From NCBI GenBank assembly GCA_963675495.1, contig OY776215.1, forward strand, positions 544,001-608,000: a DNA stretch of 64,000 nt, given 5' to 3'. The position numbers were made by a program, and so were the translations under genes. This DNA comes from an uncultured Methanolobus sp. (lineage in GTDB: Archaea > Halobacteriota > Methanosarcinia > Methanosarcinales > Methanosarcinaceae). Each line of letters begins with the position of its first letter. Within the stretch, counting starts at the first letter, position 1. Positions 44,160-53,471 of the stretch are shown here, in pieces. The notes below the pieces were generated by a model. The model saw only the letters and a list, made by a program, of their open reading frames with translations, had not been told where the DNA came from and made no database searches.

Positions 44160-44471
44160 TCAGAGAACTTCTACTTCATTCAGTATGTATTTGCCTATGT
44201 TTGGTTTCAGCGCATCCTTCATGACAAGGTCTACTTTTACCCCCAGAGAATCGGAAAGATAGTTCTCTAAGTGAACAAATCTGAAAATCGTATGTGTCCT
44301 GCTAAATTCTACCAATACATCAAGATCACTTTTCGGAGTATTCTCTCCCCGTACATAGGAACCGAACAATCCTATATAACTGATATTATACTCCCTTTTT
44401 AGCCGCGGTAGCATCTCATGGAGCTGTTTTCTGTATTCTTCTACGTCTTTTTTGTGTTGTATGGGTATCAT
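44160..44471 (-). CDS. MNT antitoxin (close paralog of 39475-39783)
   Basis: GLFGSYVRGENTPKSDLDVLVEFSRT identical in both copies. Confidence 0.9.
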   Translation of the reverse strand: MIPIQHKKDVEEYRKQLHEMLPRLKREYNISYIGLFGSYVRGENTPKSDLDVLVEFSRTHTIFRFVHLENYLSDSLGVKVDLVMKDALKPNIGKYILNEVEVL

Positions 44472-45085
44472 TTAAACGGTCTTATTTGCTTTATATGTTT
44501 GTTTCATATGTATAATTGTTTGTCCTGTTTGGAGAAACAAATGAATTTTAAAAAGATTGATCTTTACCTGAAATATAGCATGTACTTCTTGCTTTTTACT
44601 ACTCAACATGAGAGTGCTGCTTGTAGGATCAAGACTGAAAATTGCTGAAGATCTCTTTGAAGTCTGTATTAGAAAGTGTTGCTTCAGATTAGATATTAGG
44701 CTGGAAATGTAGGATCGTTACCTGATCGATTTTTGTTTTAGATATTTTATGCCTCTTCTTTTATTTTACTAGGCAGCAGTATAGGAACGTGCCGCCTGCG
44801 GCGTATGGTTATGTTGGTCTTGAACACTTAGTTCGGTTACTTTGCTAGTTAGTATCAAGGAAACTTTTGTTTTTAAAACTATAAAAGTGCCTTCAAACCC
44901 CAGTTAAATAGCCTTTTTACTACGCTGATCCACCTAACAGGCCATCAAAATCTCAGTTCATATCAATTATTTTTATCTTTATCCTAAACAGTCACTAGTG
45001 ATCGAATTATATTTTTTTGAAGAAGAAAAACAAAACGAACATTTTATAAAAGTGTTCTGTCTTTTCCTGCAACGAGGAGTATCAT

Positions 45086-46168
45086 TTGTCAGAAAAACAA
45101 GAACCCTGTTACGTAAAAAGATCATTTTACAATGAAGATATCCATTATGGGATACATTCCAGGAAGACGTACACAAGCTCACCTCAGGATGCTAAACCGG
45201 ATAATACCCTCGAGCTTCCAACATTTATCCCGAATGCACCCATGAGAGTATACTTTGACCCGACATACCGATGTAACCTCAGATGCAGACATTGCATTAC
45301 TTCCTCATCACCTGACATACAAGCTGAAAATGAACTGGACATCCTGCAGATAAAGAAACTCCTGAACGAACTGGAATCCATCGGGGTACTGGAGCTGGCC
45401 ATCACCGGAGGAGAACCGTTCATACATAAGGATATCTTTGAGATAATCGAATTCGTGCAGGATGGCAACATGAACCTGAGCATTACAAGCAACGGAACAC
45501 TACTAAGCCCGGAAAAAGCAAAAAAGCTTTCTGAGCTGGATGTATCCGATATAAGGATCAGCCTGGATGGTTGTGAGAGTGTGAACGATGACATCAGAGG
45601 CGATGGCTCATACAAAAAAGCCATGACAGGACTCAGAAACCTGATACAGGCAAATGTCCCAGCCACCGTAAGAATGACACTCACCAGTAAGACTCACGAA
45701 GGACTCGAACACCTATTCCATGACCTGCAGGACGTAGGAGTTACAAAACTCAAAGCCGCCATCATCAAGGAAGCAGGTAACGCCACCCTGGAAGAGAACT
45801 CAGACCTCTTCGGCTACCAACCCACAGAAGATGCTGTTCAAAGCTTAATGAAACTCGGAGAAGAAAATAACATATCTGTGGAACTGTCAAGCGAGGATTT
45901 TAATCTTGAACCTGAGCAATCAGGAGACAAAAGATTAAGAGCTGCTGAACACCATACATGCGGAGCAGGACATGAAACAGCCTACATCTCACCAATTGGC
46001 AATGTATTACCCTGCTCATCCATGCCCCACGTGATTTTAGGAAACATAGGAAATGACAGTTTCACAGATGTCTGGGAAGGTCGAGTTACAAAGAAATACA
46101 AGACTTTAGCTCGCCTTTCTGAAGAAAAAGCGATGTGCAAGGCAAATTTTGTAAAACTCTGGCTATAG
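45086..46168 (+). CDS. Radical SAM protein with twitch/partial SPASM domain
   Basis: CNLRCRHC, TGGEP, SLDG, CGAG....ISP.GNV.PC, LGNI..DSF..VW; GAGGAG RBS before TTG. Confidence 0.88.
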   Translation: MSEKQEPCYVKRSFYNEDIHYGIHSRKTYTSSPQDAKPDNTLELPTFIPNAPMRVYFDPTYRCNLRCRHCITSSSPDIQAENELDILQIKKLLNELESIGVLELAITGGEPFIHKDIFEIIEFVQDGNMNLSITSNGTLLSPEKAKKLSELDVSDIRISLDGCESVNDDIRGDGSYKKAMTGLRNLIQANVPATVRMTLTSKTHEGLEHLFHDLQDVGVTKLKAAIIKEAGNATLEENSDLFGYQPTEDAVQSLMKLGEENNISVELSSEDFNLEPEQSGDKRLRAAEHHTCGAGHETAYISPIGNVLPCSSMPHVILGNIGNDSFTDVWEGRVTKKYKTLARLSEEKAMCKANFVKLWL

Positions 46169-46373
46169 TCTGATATTGCAATCGAACAATTCCCAGAAAA
46201 GATGGAAGTAGAATCACCCATCTAATCCCCATACTAATATATATGTACATACATTATTTTGTGCTAATTTCACAAAACTTAAATATGTATAGATTGTTTA
46301 CTGTACCCATTGGCGTACATATAAACAGGCATATCTGGAATGCCTGAATAAAAACATTTGGGTGGATTAAAAA

Positions 46374-47336
46374 ATGGTGGATCACAATAGTTTATCTGAA
46401 AGTAACATACTCGTTACCGGTGGAGCCGGATTTATAGGCAGCCATGTAGTTGACAGGCTTCTGGACATGGGAAACAAGGTAACGGTCTTTGACGATCTGA
46501 GTTCTGGAAGAATGGATTTTATCGATCAACATCTTGACAACCCCAATTTTAATCTCATAAAAGGCGACTTACTTAACACTACAGAAATAGAAGCAGCCTG
46601 CAAGAACATGGATCTCGTTTTCCACATTGCTGCAAACCCCGACGTAAGACTTGGCGCAACAGACACAAAAGTACACTTCGACCAGAACATCACAGCCACA
46701 TACAACCTCCTTGAAGCCATGCGCAAAAGCGGGGTAAAGAACCTGGCCTTCACATCAACATCCACCATCTACGGAGAAGCCACGATAATTCCGACACCTG
46801 AAGATTACGGACCCCTGGTACCAATCTCACTCTACGGCGCATCCAAACTAGCCTGCGAAGCCCTGATCACATCCTACTCCCACACCTTCGACATGCATTC
46901 CTGGATCTTCCGCTTCGCCAACATAATCGGCGACAGAGGCACCCACGGGATCATAGTTGATTTCATAGAGAAACTAAAAAAGAATTCTGCTGAGCTGGAA
47001 ATCCTAGGCGATGGAAAACAATCAAAATCATACCTGCATGTAAGGGAGTGTGTGGATGCTATGATGTTCTCTGTATCTAATAGTAATGACGAGGTAAACA
47101 TCTTCAACATCGGCTCAGAAGATGCGACCAATCCCACCCGTATCGGTGAGATCATAGTCGAGGAAATGAATCTTCAGAATGTTCAGTTCAACTATACCGG
47201 CGGTTCCCGTGGCTGGAAAGGTGATGTGCCAGTAATGATGCTGGGAATCGATAAATTGAAGGAAATGGGCTGGAAGAATGAGTGGGAGTCTGAGAGGAGC
47301 GTTAGGGAGACTGCAAAGGCATTGCTTGGGATGTAG
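46374..47336 (+). CDS. NAD-dependent sugar epimerase (UDP-glucose 4-epimerase-like)
   Basis: TGGAGFIGSH, YGASK, GWKGDV. Confidence 0.9.
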   Translation: MVDHNSLSESNILVTGGAGFIGSHVVDRLLDMGNKVTVFDDLSSGRMDFIDQHLDNPNFNLIKGDLLNTTEIEAACKNMDLVFHIAANPDVRLGATDTKVHFDQNITATYNLLEAMRKSGVKNLAFTSTSTIYGEATIIPTPEDYGPLVPISLYGASKLACEALITSYSHTFDMHSWIFRFANIIGDRGTHGIIVDFIEKLKKNSAELEILGDGKQSKSYLHVRECVDAMMFSVSNSNDEVNIFNIGSEDATNPTRIGEIIVEEMNLQNVQFNYTGGSRGWKGDVPVMMLGIDKLKEMGWKNEWESERSVRETAKALLGM

Positions 47337-47377
47337 AATGATGTTAGTTTCCTCGAGAATTACTCAAAAGGTGGACT

Positions 47378-47965
47378 ATGTTGCTTATTGAGTTGCTAGT
47401 TATGTTAAGTGGTGGTCTTTTTAATTTAAAAGAAAAATGTAGTGAAACAAATATCTTGCCATTACGCTACATATTTTTATTATTATATGTCTCATACCTA
47501 AAAGCAAATGGTAGTTTTATTGGGTATAAATCACAGTTCAAAAGTCCCCCTATCTTCCCCCATGGCATAAATGGAATATTTATTTCGGGAGATGCGAAAA
47601 TAGGATCTGAAAACGTCATATTCCAGAACGTGACTATTGGCTCTAATACTCTACCGCATTCTAAAGGTTTAGGAGCACCCATTGTTGGAGACAATTGCTA
47701 CATAGGGACAGGTGCTGTTATAATAAGTGGTATAAAAATTGGAAACAATTGCAGAATAGGTGCAAATGCTACAGTCGTTCAAGATATTCCTGATAATTCT
47801 TTAGTAGTTTCCCCAAAGTCTGTAGTTATAAAAAAAGAGCAGTTGATGAATAATGCCTTTTTCACAAAAAAGAATGGTAAATGGGGATGCTTTAAAGACG
47901 GTTCATTTTCTGAAGAACGTGATACTTTTGTTGTAGAACAGTTAAATGATGCTTTTTATAAATGA
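47378..47965 (+). CDS. Hexapeptide-repeat O-acetyltransferase (SAT-like)
   Basis: PHG..GIFI, FQNVTIG, GAP.VGDNCYIG, IGANA.V..DIP. Confidence 0.8.
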   Translation: MLLIELLVMLSGGLFNLKEKCSETNILPLRYIFLLLYVSYLKANGSFIGYKSQFKSPPIFPHGINGIFISGDAKIGSENVIFQNVTIGSNTLPHSKGLGAPIVGDNCYIGTGAVIISGIKIGNNCRIGANATVVQDIPDNSLVVSPKSVVIKKEQLMNNAFFTKKNGKWGCFKDGSFSEERDTFVVEQLNDAFYK

Positions 47966-48041
47966 TGATTTGTACAGGTCTAAATTCTGATAATGAAATT
48001 TTAATTGGATCTATAAAAAAAGTTGTACGTTGGTGAAATAA

Positions 48042-48626
48042 ATGAACAATAAAGAGTTAAGATCACTATGGCTATCTGATCTCTATAGATATTCAGGAGA
48101 TAGTACATTAAAGTCATTTGTCAAATGCATACTCTTTGTTCCAGGTTTTAGATATTCATTTTTTATGAGATTATGCAGTACATTAAACACTAGAAAAAGT
48201 TCATTTTTTGTTATTTTGTGTATAATATTTAGAGTATTTTTGGTGCATTATGAAGTAAAATATGGTATTTCTATTCCATATAATACAAAAATAGGAAAAG
48301 GATTTTACATAGGCCATTTTGGAACTATTGTAATTAATCCAAAAGCAGTAATTGGAAACAATTGTAACATAAGTCAAGGAGTTACAATTGGAGTTTCAAA
48401 TAGGGGTGAAAAGAAAGGCTGTCCTTCGATTGGAAATAATGTTTTCATTGGTCCTGGGGCCAAAATATTTGGTTCAATAAAAATCGGAAACAATGTTGCT
48501 ATAGGTGCGAATTGCGTGGTTACAAAAGATGTACCTGATTATGCAGTTGTTGTTGGAGCTCCAGGAAAAGTAATTTCATATAAAGGTTCGATGAGCTATG
48601 TAAACCACACGGATTATTCTATGTGA
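48042..48626 (+). CDS. Hexapeptide-repeat O-acetyltransferase (SAT/WcaB-like)
   Basis: IGKGFYIGH, QGVTIG, P.IGNNVFIGPGA, VVGAPG. Confidence 0.85.
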   Translation: MNNKELRSLWLSDLYRYSGDSTLKSFVKCILFVPGFRYSFFMRLCSTLNTRKSSFFVILCIIFRVFLVHYEVKYGISIPYNTKIGKGFYIGHFGTIVINPKAVIGNNCNISQGVTIGVSNRGEKKGCPSIGNNVFIGPGAKIFGSIKIGNNVAIGANCVVTKDVPDYAVVVGAPGKVISYKGSMSYVNHTDYSM

Positions 48627-48764
48627 TTTATAATCATAAATAATCAAATTATACCACAAAACTACAAAAATAGTAATGTATGAACCCTAACACTACAAAA
48701 TGAAAAGAAAGCAAAACAGAGTAAATGACATGACCATCTTCTAAACATCAGTAGGATTATTATT

Positions 48765-49316
48765 ATGAAAGTAGCTAAAACAAAAATCAAAGATCTCTAC
48801 ATAGTAGAACCAGATGTTTTCGGTGATGAAAGAGGCTATTTTTTCGAGAGTTACACCAAGAAGAAACTCGACAGCTTAATTGATGAAAATTATGTCTTTG
48901 TCCAGGACAATGAATCCAGATCATCCTATGGAGTTCTCCGTGGGTTGCACTATCAATTAGCACCATACAGCCAGACAAAACTTGTCCGTGTTATACAGGG
49001 TACAGTGTATGATGTAGCTGTGGACCTGCGTAAAGAATCACCAACATTCGGTGAATGGGATGGAGTAGAACTCTCAGAAGAGAACAAAAAACAGTTCATG
49101 ATTCCAAAGGGATTTGCTCATGGGTTCGTGGTTTTGAGCGAGACTGCTGTTTTTGGCTACAAATGTGATGAATATTACAATCCTGAAGCTGAGAGGGGCA
49201 TTGTTTTCGATGATCCTGAACTTGGCATTGACTGGAAAATTGACATTGATGATCTCATAGTAGCTGAAAAAGACCGAGAATGGCCTGTGATGGCTGAAGC
49301 TGAAATGAACTTTTAG
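48765..49316 (+). CDS. rfbC: dTDP-4-dehydrorhamnose 3,5-epimerase
   Basis: DERGYFFE, VQDNES, LRGLHYQ, PKGFAHGF. Confidence 0.95.
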   Translation: MKVAKTKIKDLYIVEPDVFGDERGYFFESYTKKKLDSLIDENYVFVQDNESRSSYGVLRGLHYQLAPYSQTKLVRVIQGTVYDVAVDLRKESPTFGEWDGVELSEENKKQFMIPKGFAHGFVVLSETAVFGYKCDEYYNPEAERGIVFDDPELGIDWKIDIDDLIVAEKDREWPVMAEAEMNF

Positions 49317-49318
49317 GT

Positions 49319-50278
49319 GTGGGAAAAATGAAATTATTAGTAACAGGTGGAGCCGGATTCATAGGAAGCAATTTCATAAGGATGATGTTTGCAAAATATC
49401 CCGGAATTGAAATTGTCAATCTTGACAAGCTCACATACGCAGGCAATCTCGAAAGTCTGAAGGATATCTCAGAAACAGGATACAATTTCGTTCAGGGTGA
49501 TATATGTAATCCTGATGTTGTCATGAATGCAATGGAAGATGTGGACACGGTATTACACTTCGCAGCCGAGAGCCATGTGGATCGCTCAATCGATGACAGT
49601 TCCGTTTTTGTCATGACCAATGTAGTTGGAACAAACAACCTCCTCAAATGTGCCATGGATTCCGATGTAAAGCAGTTCATCCATGTTTCTACCGATGAGG
49701 TCTATGGAAGTACCAATGATGATTCTTTCTGTGAAATTAACAATCTGAACCCATCAAGCCCTTATTCGTCAAGCAAGGCAGGTTCTGACCTCTTAGCATT
49801 ATCATATCACAACACATACGGACTTCCTGTAACTGTGACCCGTTGCACGAACAATTTTGGTCCTTACCAGTTCCCTGAAAAACTTATTCCCCTTTTCATT
49901 ACAAACCTTATGGAAGGCAAGCAAGTCCCGGTATATGGCACCGGCCTGAACGTCAGGGACTGGATACACGTTGAAGATCACTGCTCAGGAATCGAATTTG
50001 TCAGAGAACACGGCAAAGCCGGAGAAATATACAATATCGGCGGCGGCAACGAACTCACAAACCTTGAGATCACCCACAGGATCCTCAAAGCCCTTGGAAA
50101 AGATGAATCCATGATCCGCTACGTAGCGGACAGAAAAGGACATGATTTCCGCTATTCCCTTGACTGCAACAAGCTAATGAAAATGGGCTGGAAACCTGCA
50201 TACGACTTTGATTCAGCACTTGACCAGACTATTCAATGGTATATTGATAACAGATGGTGGTGGGAACCATTAAAGTAG
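49319..50278 (+). CDS. rfbB: dTDP-glucose 4,6-dehydratase
   Basis: DKLTYAGN, AAESHVDRSI, STDEVYG, PYSSSK. Confidence 0.95.
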   Translation: MGKMKLLVTGGAGFIGSNFIRMMFAKYPGIEIVNLDKLTYAGNLESLKDISETGYNFVQGDICNPDVVMNAMEDVDTVLHFAAESHVDRSIDDSSVFVMTNVVGTNNLLKCAMDSDVKQFIHVSTDEVYGSTNDDSFCEINNLNPSSPYSSSKAGSDLLALSYHNTYGLPVTVTRCTNNFGPYQFPEKLIPLFITNLMEGKQVPVYGTGLNVRDWIHVEDHCSGIEFVREHGKAGEIYNIGGGNELTNLEITHRILKALGKDESMIRYVADRKGHDFRYSLDCNKLMKMGWKPAYDFDSALDQTIQWYIDNRWWWEPLK

Positions 50279-51063
50279 TGATTCTGGGTGCAGGTGGGAT
50301 GCTGGGTTCTGATCTCTGTGAAGTATTCTCTGATGCTATACAGTTCACACACAAAGAGCTGGACATAACCAACAGAGAGCTTGTGATTAATGCAATCAGA
50401 GAGAACAAGCCTGATGTGGTGATCAACGCTGCTGCTTACACAAACGTAGATCAGGCAGAAGACGAGCAGGAACTGGCGTTTGCTGTGAATGGATATGCAC
50501 CTGGCTATATCGCAGAAGCATGTTCAAATGTTGGTGCAAAGCTCATCCACTACAGTACCGACTACGTTTTTGACGGTACAAAGCAGGAATACATCGAATC
50601 CGACAAAACTAACCCCATTAATGCCTATGGCAGATCAAAGCTACTTGGGGAGCAGGAGATTGCCAGATGCACTGACAATTACATGATCATACGTACTTCC
50701 TGGCTTTTCGGAAAACACGGAAAGAACTTCATTGATACAATGCTGAGACTTTCTCCTCAGGTGGATAATGTAAGGGTAGTGAATGACCAGTTCGGTAAAC
50801 CCACATATACTGCAGATCTGGCATGCAAGACAGCAGAGATAATATATTTGGAGCCAGGAATTTATCACATCACCAACGATGGTACATGCTCATGGTACGA
50901 GTTTGCATCAGCAGCAATAGACAACACATCACCCTGTGCCAGTGAAGAATATCCCACCAAAGCAAAACGCCCTCAATACTCAATTTTAACTAACACCAAA
51001 ATAACTCCAATGAAACATTGGAAAGAAGCCCTAAACGATTACATAAAGGAGTGGAAAAAATGA
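50254..51063 (+). CDS. rfbD: dTDP-4-dehydrorhamnose reductase
   Basis: GAGGMLG, AAYTNVD, STDYVFDG, YGRSK. Confidence 0.95.
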   Translation: MVVGTIKVVILGAGGMLGSDLCEVFSDAIQFTHKELDITNRELVINAIRENKPDVVINAAAYTNVDQAEDEQELAFAVNGYAPGYIAEACSNVGAKLIHYSTDYVFDGTKQEYIESDKTNPINAYGRSKLLGEQEIARCTDNYMIIRTSWLFGKHGKNFIDTMLRLSPQVDNVRVVNDQFGKPTYTADLACKTAEIIYLEPGIYHITNDGTCSWYEFASAAIDNTSPCASEEYPTKAKRPQYSILTNTKITPMKHWKEALNDYIKEWKK

Positions 51064-51770
51064 AAGGAATAATACTTGCAGGTGGTACAGGCAGCCGTCT
51101 CTATCCCCTTACAAAGGTCACAAACAAACACCTTTTGCCAGTTTATGATAAGCCCATGATATACTATCCTCTGCAGACCCTCATAGATGCAGACATCAAG
51201 GATATTATGATTGTTTCAGGTCGGGGACACGCAGGTCACTTCTTGGAACTACTAGGCTCTGGAGCAGATTTTGGTGTGAAGTTCACCTACGAGATTCAGG
51301 ATGAAGCTGGTGGTATTGCTCAGGCACTTAGCCTTGCTGAGGACTTTGCTGACGATGATAACGTAACTGTGATTCTTGGCGATAATATCTTCCAGGACAA
51401 CATAAAGAAAGCAGTTCAGGAATTTGAGATGGGTGCTCATATTTTCCTGAAGCCTGTGACTGATGCTCATAGATTTGGTGTTGCTGAAGTTGATACTAAC
51501 AACGGATCTGTTTTAGGTATTGAAGAGAAACCTATTAATCCAAAATCTAATCTTGCAGTGACAGGGTTGTATATATATTCAAATGATGTCTTTGAAGTTG
51601 TGAAAACTCTCAAACCATCTGGCCGTGGTGAATTGGAGATTACAGATGTCAACAATGACTATATTCGGAAGGATGCGATGAAGTTCTCGATGATGGATGG
51701 TTATTGGAGTGATGCAGGTACATTTGAAAGCTTGATGAGAGCATCATTAATGATTGAAAGCAATAGATAG
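51060..51770 (+). CDS. rfbA: Glucose-1-phosphate thymidylyltransferase (short form)
   Basis: KGIILAGGTGSRL.PLT, KHLLPVYDKPMI, RGELEITD. Confidence 0.92.
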   Translation: MKGIILAGGTGSRLYPLTKVTNKHLLPVYDKPMIYYPLQTLIDADIKDIMIVSGRGHAGHFLELLGSGADFGVKFTYEIQDEAGGIAQALSLAEDFADDDNVTVILGDNIFQDNIKKAVQEFEMGAHIFLKPVTDAHRFGVAEVDTNNGSVLGIEEKPINPKSNLAVTGLYIYSNDVFEVVKTLKPSGRGELEITDVNNDYIRKDAMKFSMMDGYWSDAGTFESLMRASLMIESNR

Positions 51771-51794
51771 TTAAAAGCACAATGGGGAAACTGA

Positions 51795-53225
51795 TTGAAT
51801 ACAATTCGAAGAATTGCTAAAAACACTTTGGTATTATTAATATCTAAAGTCACTATTATTTTCTTTGGATTTTTTTATACTATCTATGCAGCTCGATACC
51901 TCGGAGTCGAAGGGTTTGGAGTATTGAGCTTTGCAATTGCTTTTACTGGAATAATAGTCCTTTTGGCAGATATTGGAATCAAGAACTTGACCATCAGAGA
52001 AATAGCACGTGATAAAACTCAAGCTGCTAAATATCTTGGAAATATTTCTATATTAAAATTGCTTTTAGTTTTAGTAACATTTTTTGTTGTGATTGTAGTT
52101 TCAAATTTTCTTGGCTATCCTCATCAAACAACAATGGTTATCTACATAATTACTGCTTCTTTTGTTTTGAGGAGCTTTTCAGAAATGTTTTACTCTATTT
52201 TTCAAGCATTTGAAAAAATGGAATATGCATCATTGGGAGGAATTTTGGATTCCATTTTAATGTTTTTTGGTGTGTTAATTGCAATAAAGCTAAATTTAGA
52301 AATAGTAACATTTGTAACAATTTATTTAATAACAAGTATCATTACTTTATTATACAGCAGTTTTATTTGCATCCACAAGTTTGCAATTCCACAAATTGAA
52401 GTAAATCTTGCTTTTTGGAAGCAACTTCTTGAAGAATCAATACCATTTTGGTTAACAAGCGTTTTTATAATAATATATTTTAGAATCGACATGGTGATGC
52501 TATCAGTATTGAAAAATGATATGGTTGTTGGATGGTATGCTGCACCTTATAGACTTGTAGATAGTCTAAGTCTGCTTCCAAGTCTAATCATGGCTGTAAT
52601 GTATCCTCTTTTTTCGAAGTATTATATTAATTCAACTGAATCACTTAATTTAGCTTTTCAAAAATCACTAAAAATCTTGATTATTATTGCATTACCAATT
52701 GGACTTGGAACCACTTTATTGGCAAAAGAAATAATATTATTGATATATGGGAGTGATTATTTCGAATCTATAATTGCTCTTCAGGTTCTTGCTTGGGCAG
52801 GTGTATTGGGAATTATTAACTTTACTCCAGCTACTTTGCTAAATTCAATCAATAAGCAAAGACCTCTCATGATTTTTACATTCATTGGAGCAACAGTAAA
52901 TATTATATTAAATTTTTTATTAATACCAACAATGAGTTATGTGGGTGCTGGAATTGCAACAATAATCACAGAATTTATTGTGGGAGTGCTTATATTATAT
53001 GAAGTTTATAGATTTCAGCCGGAATCTCTTATTGATGCACCTATAACAATTGCTAAATCAGTTACAGCAACTATTTTCATGGGTTTTTTCATATTTGCCT
53101 TTAAGCAATATACTATATTATTATTAATACCACTGGCAGCAATTTTGTATTTTATTTTGTTGTTTATGCTAAAAATACTTAGGAAAGATGAATATATTTT
53201 AGTAAAACAAATATTTAAAAAGTAA
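51795..53225 (+). CDS. Wzx-type oligosaccharide flippase
   Basis: ARYLG.EGFG, RIDMVML, VGWY.A.YR; about 12-14 TM. Confidence 0.9.
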   Translation: MNTIRRIAKNTLVLLISKVTIIFFGFFYTIYAARYLGVEGFGVLSFAIAFTGIIVLLADIGIKNLTIREIARDKTQAAKYLGNISILKLLLVLVTFFVVIVVSNFLGYPHQTTMVIYIITASFVLRSFSEMFYSIFQAFEKMEYASLGGILDSILMFFGVLIAIKLNLEIVTFVTIYLITSIITLLYSSFICIHKFAIPQIEVNLAFWKQLLEESIPFWLTSVFIIIYFRIDMVMLSVLKNDMVVGWYAAPYRLVDSLSLLPSLIMAVMYPLFSKYYINSTESLNLAFQKSLKILIIIALPIGLGTTLLAKEIILLIYGSDYFESIIALQVLAWAGVLGIINFTPATLLNSINKQRPLMIFTFIGATVNIILNFLLIPTMSYVGAGIATIITEFIVGVLILYEVYRFQPESLIDAPITIAKSVTATIFMGFFIFAFKQYTILLLIPLAAILYFILLFMLKILRKDEYILVKQIFKK

Positions 53226-53471
53226 ATTTTAAATGGATTATCCAAAAGTTGTTATTAGTATTAGCATGGAAAAGAAGATACGATTGAAAATCTTTAATTT
53301 TCAAAACATGTTACTTATTTAAACTATGAGATTAAGTAATTGACAATATGTCCACATATGGGTTAGTTGAATGCTTACAGAATTAAGATATGGATATACA
53401 ACTAATAGTAAATAAAGAAAAAATAGGATATTCAGAAGGTATTAATGTTCGCAAATTGAAAGCATTTAAAA

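Larger units (their letters stand above)
38555..44808 (+). repeat. Co-oriented interspersed repeat, consensus ctcagcartatggaawGTGCCGCCTGCGGCGtatggttg, separating TA modules
   Basis: Core copies at about 38555, 39932, 41022, 41439, 42076, 42787, 43732, 44789; variant or degenerate copies at 39277, 43584, 44614. Confidence 0.93.

Noticed and set aside
38555-44808. Repeats as a CRISPR array
   Set aside because: Spacing is about 150-1100 bp and contains whole genes; no cas genes in the window
38555-44808. Classical integron (intI, attI, attC)
   Set aside because: No tyrosine recombinase in the window; repeat lacks attC R-box ends and is too short
44815-45085. RiPP precursor peptide for the radical SAM enzyme
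   Set aside because: No credible short ORF with an RBS found
45086-46168. Viperin-like antiviral radical SAM
   Set aside because: Lacks viperin motifs and has a twitch-type C-terminus
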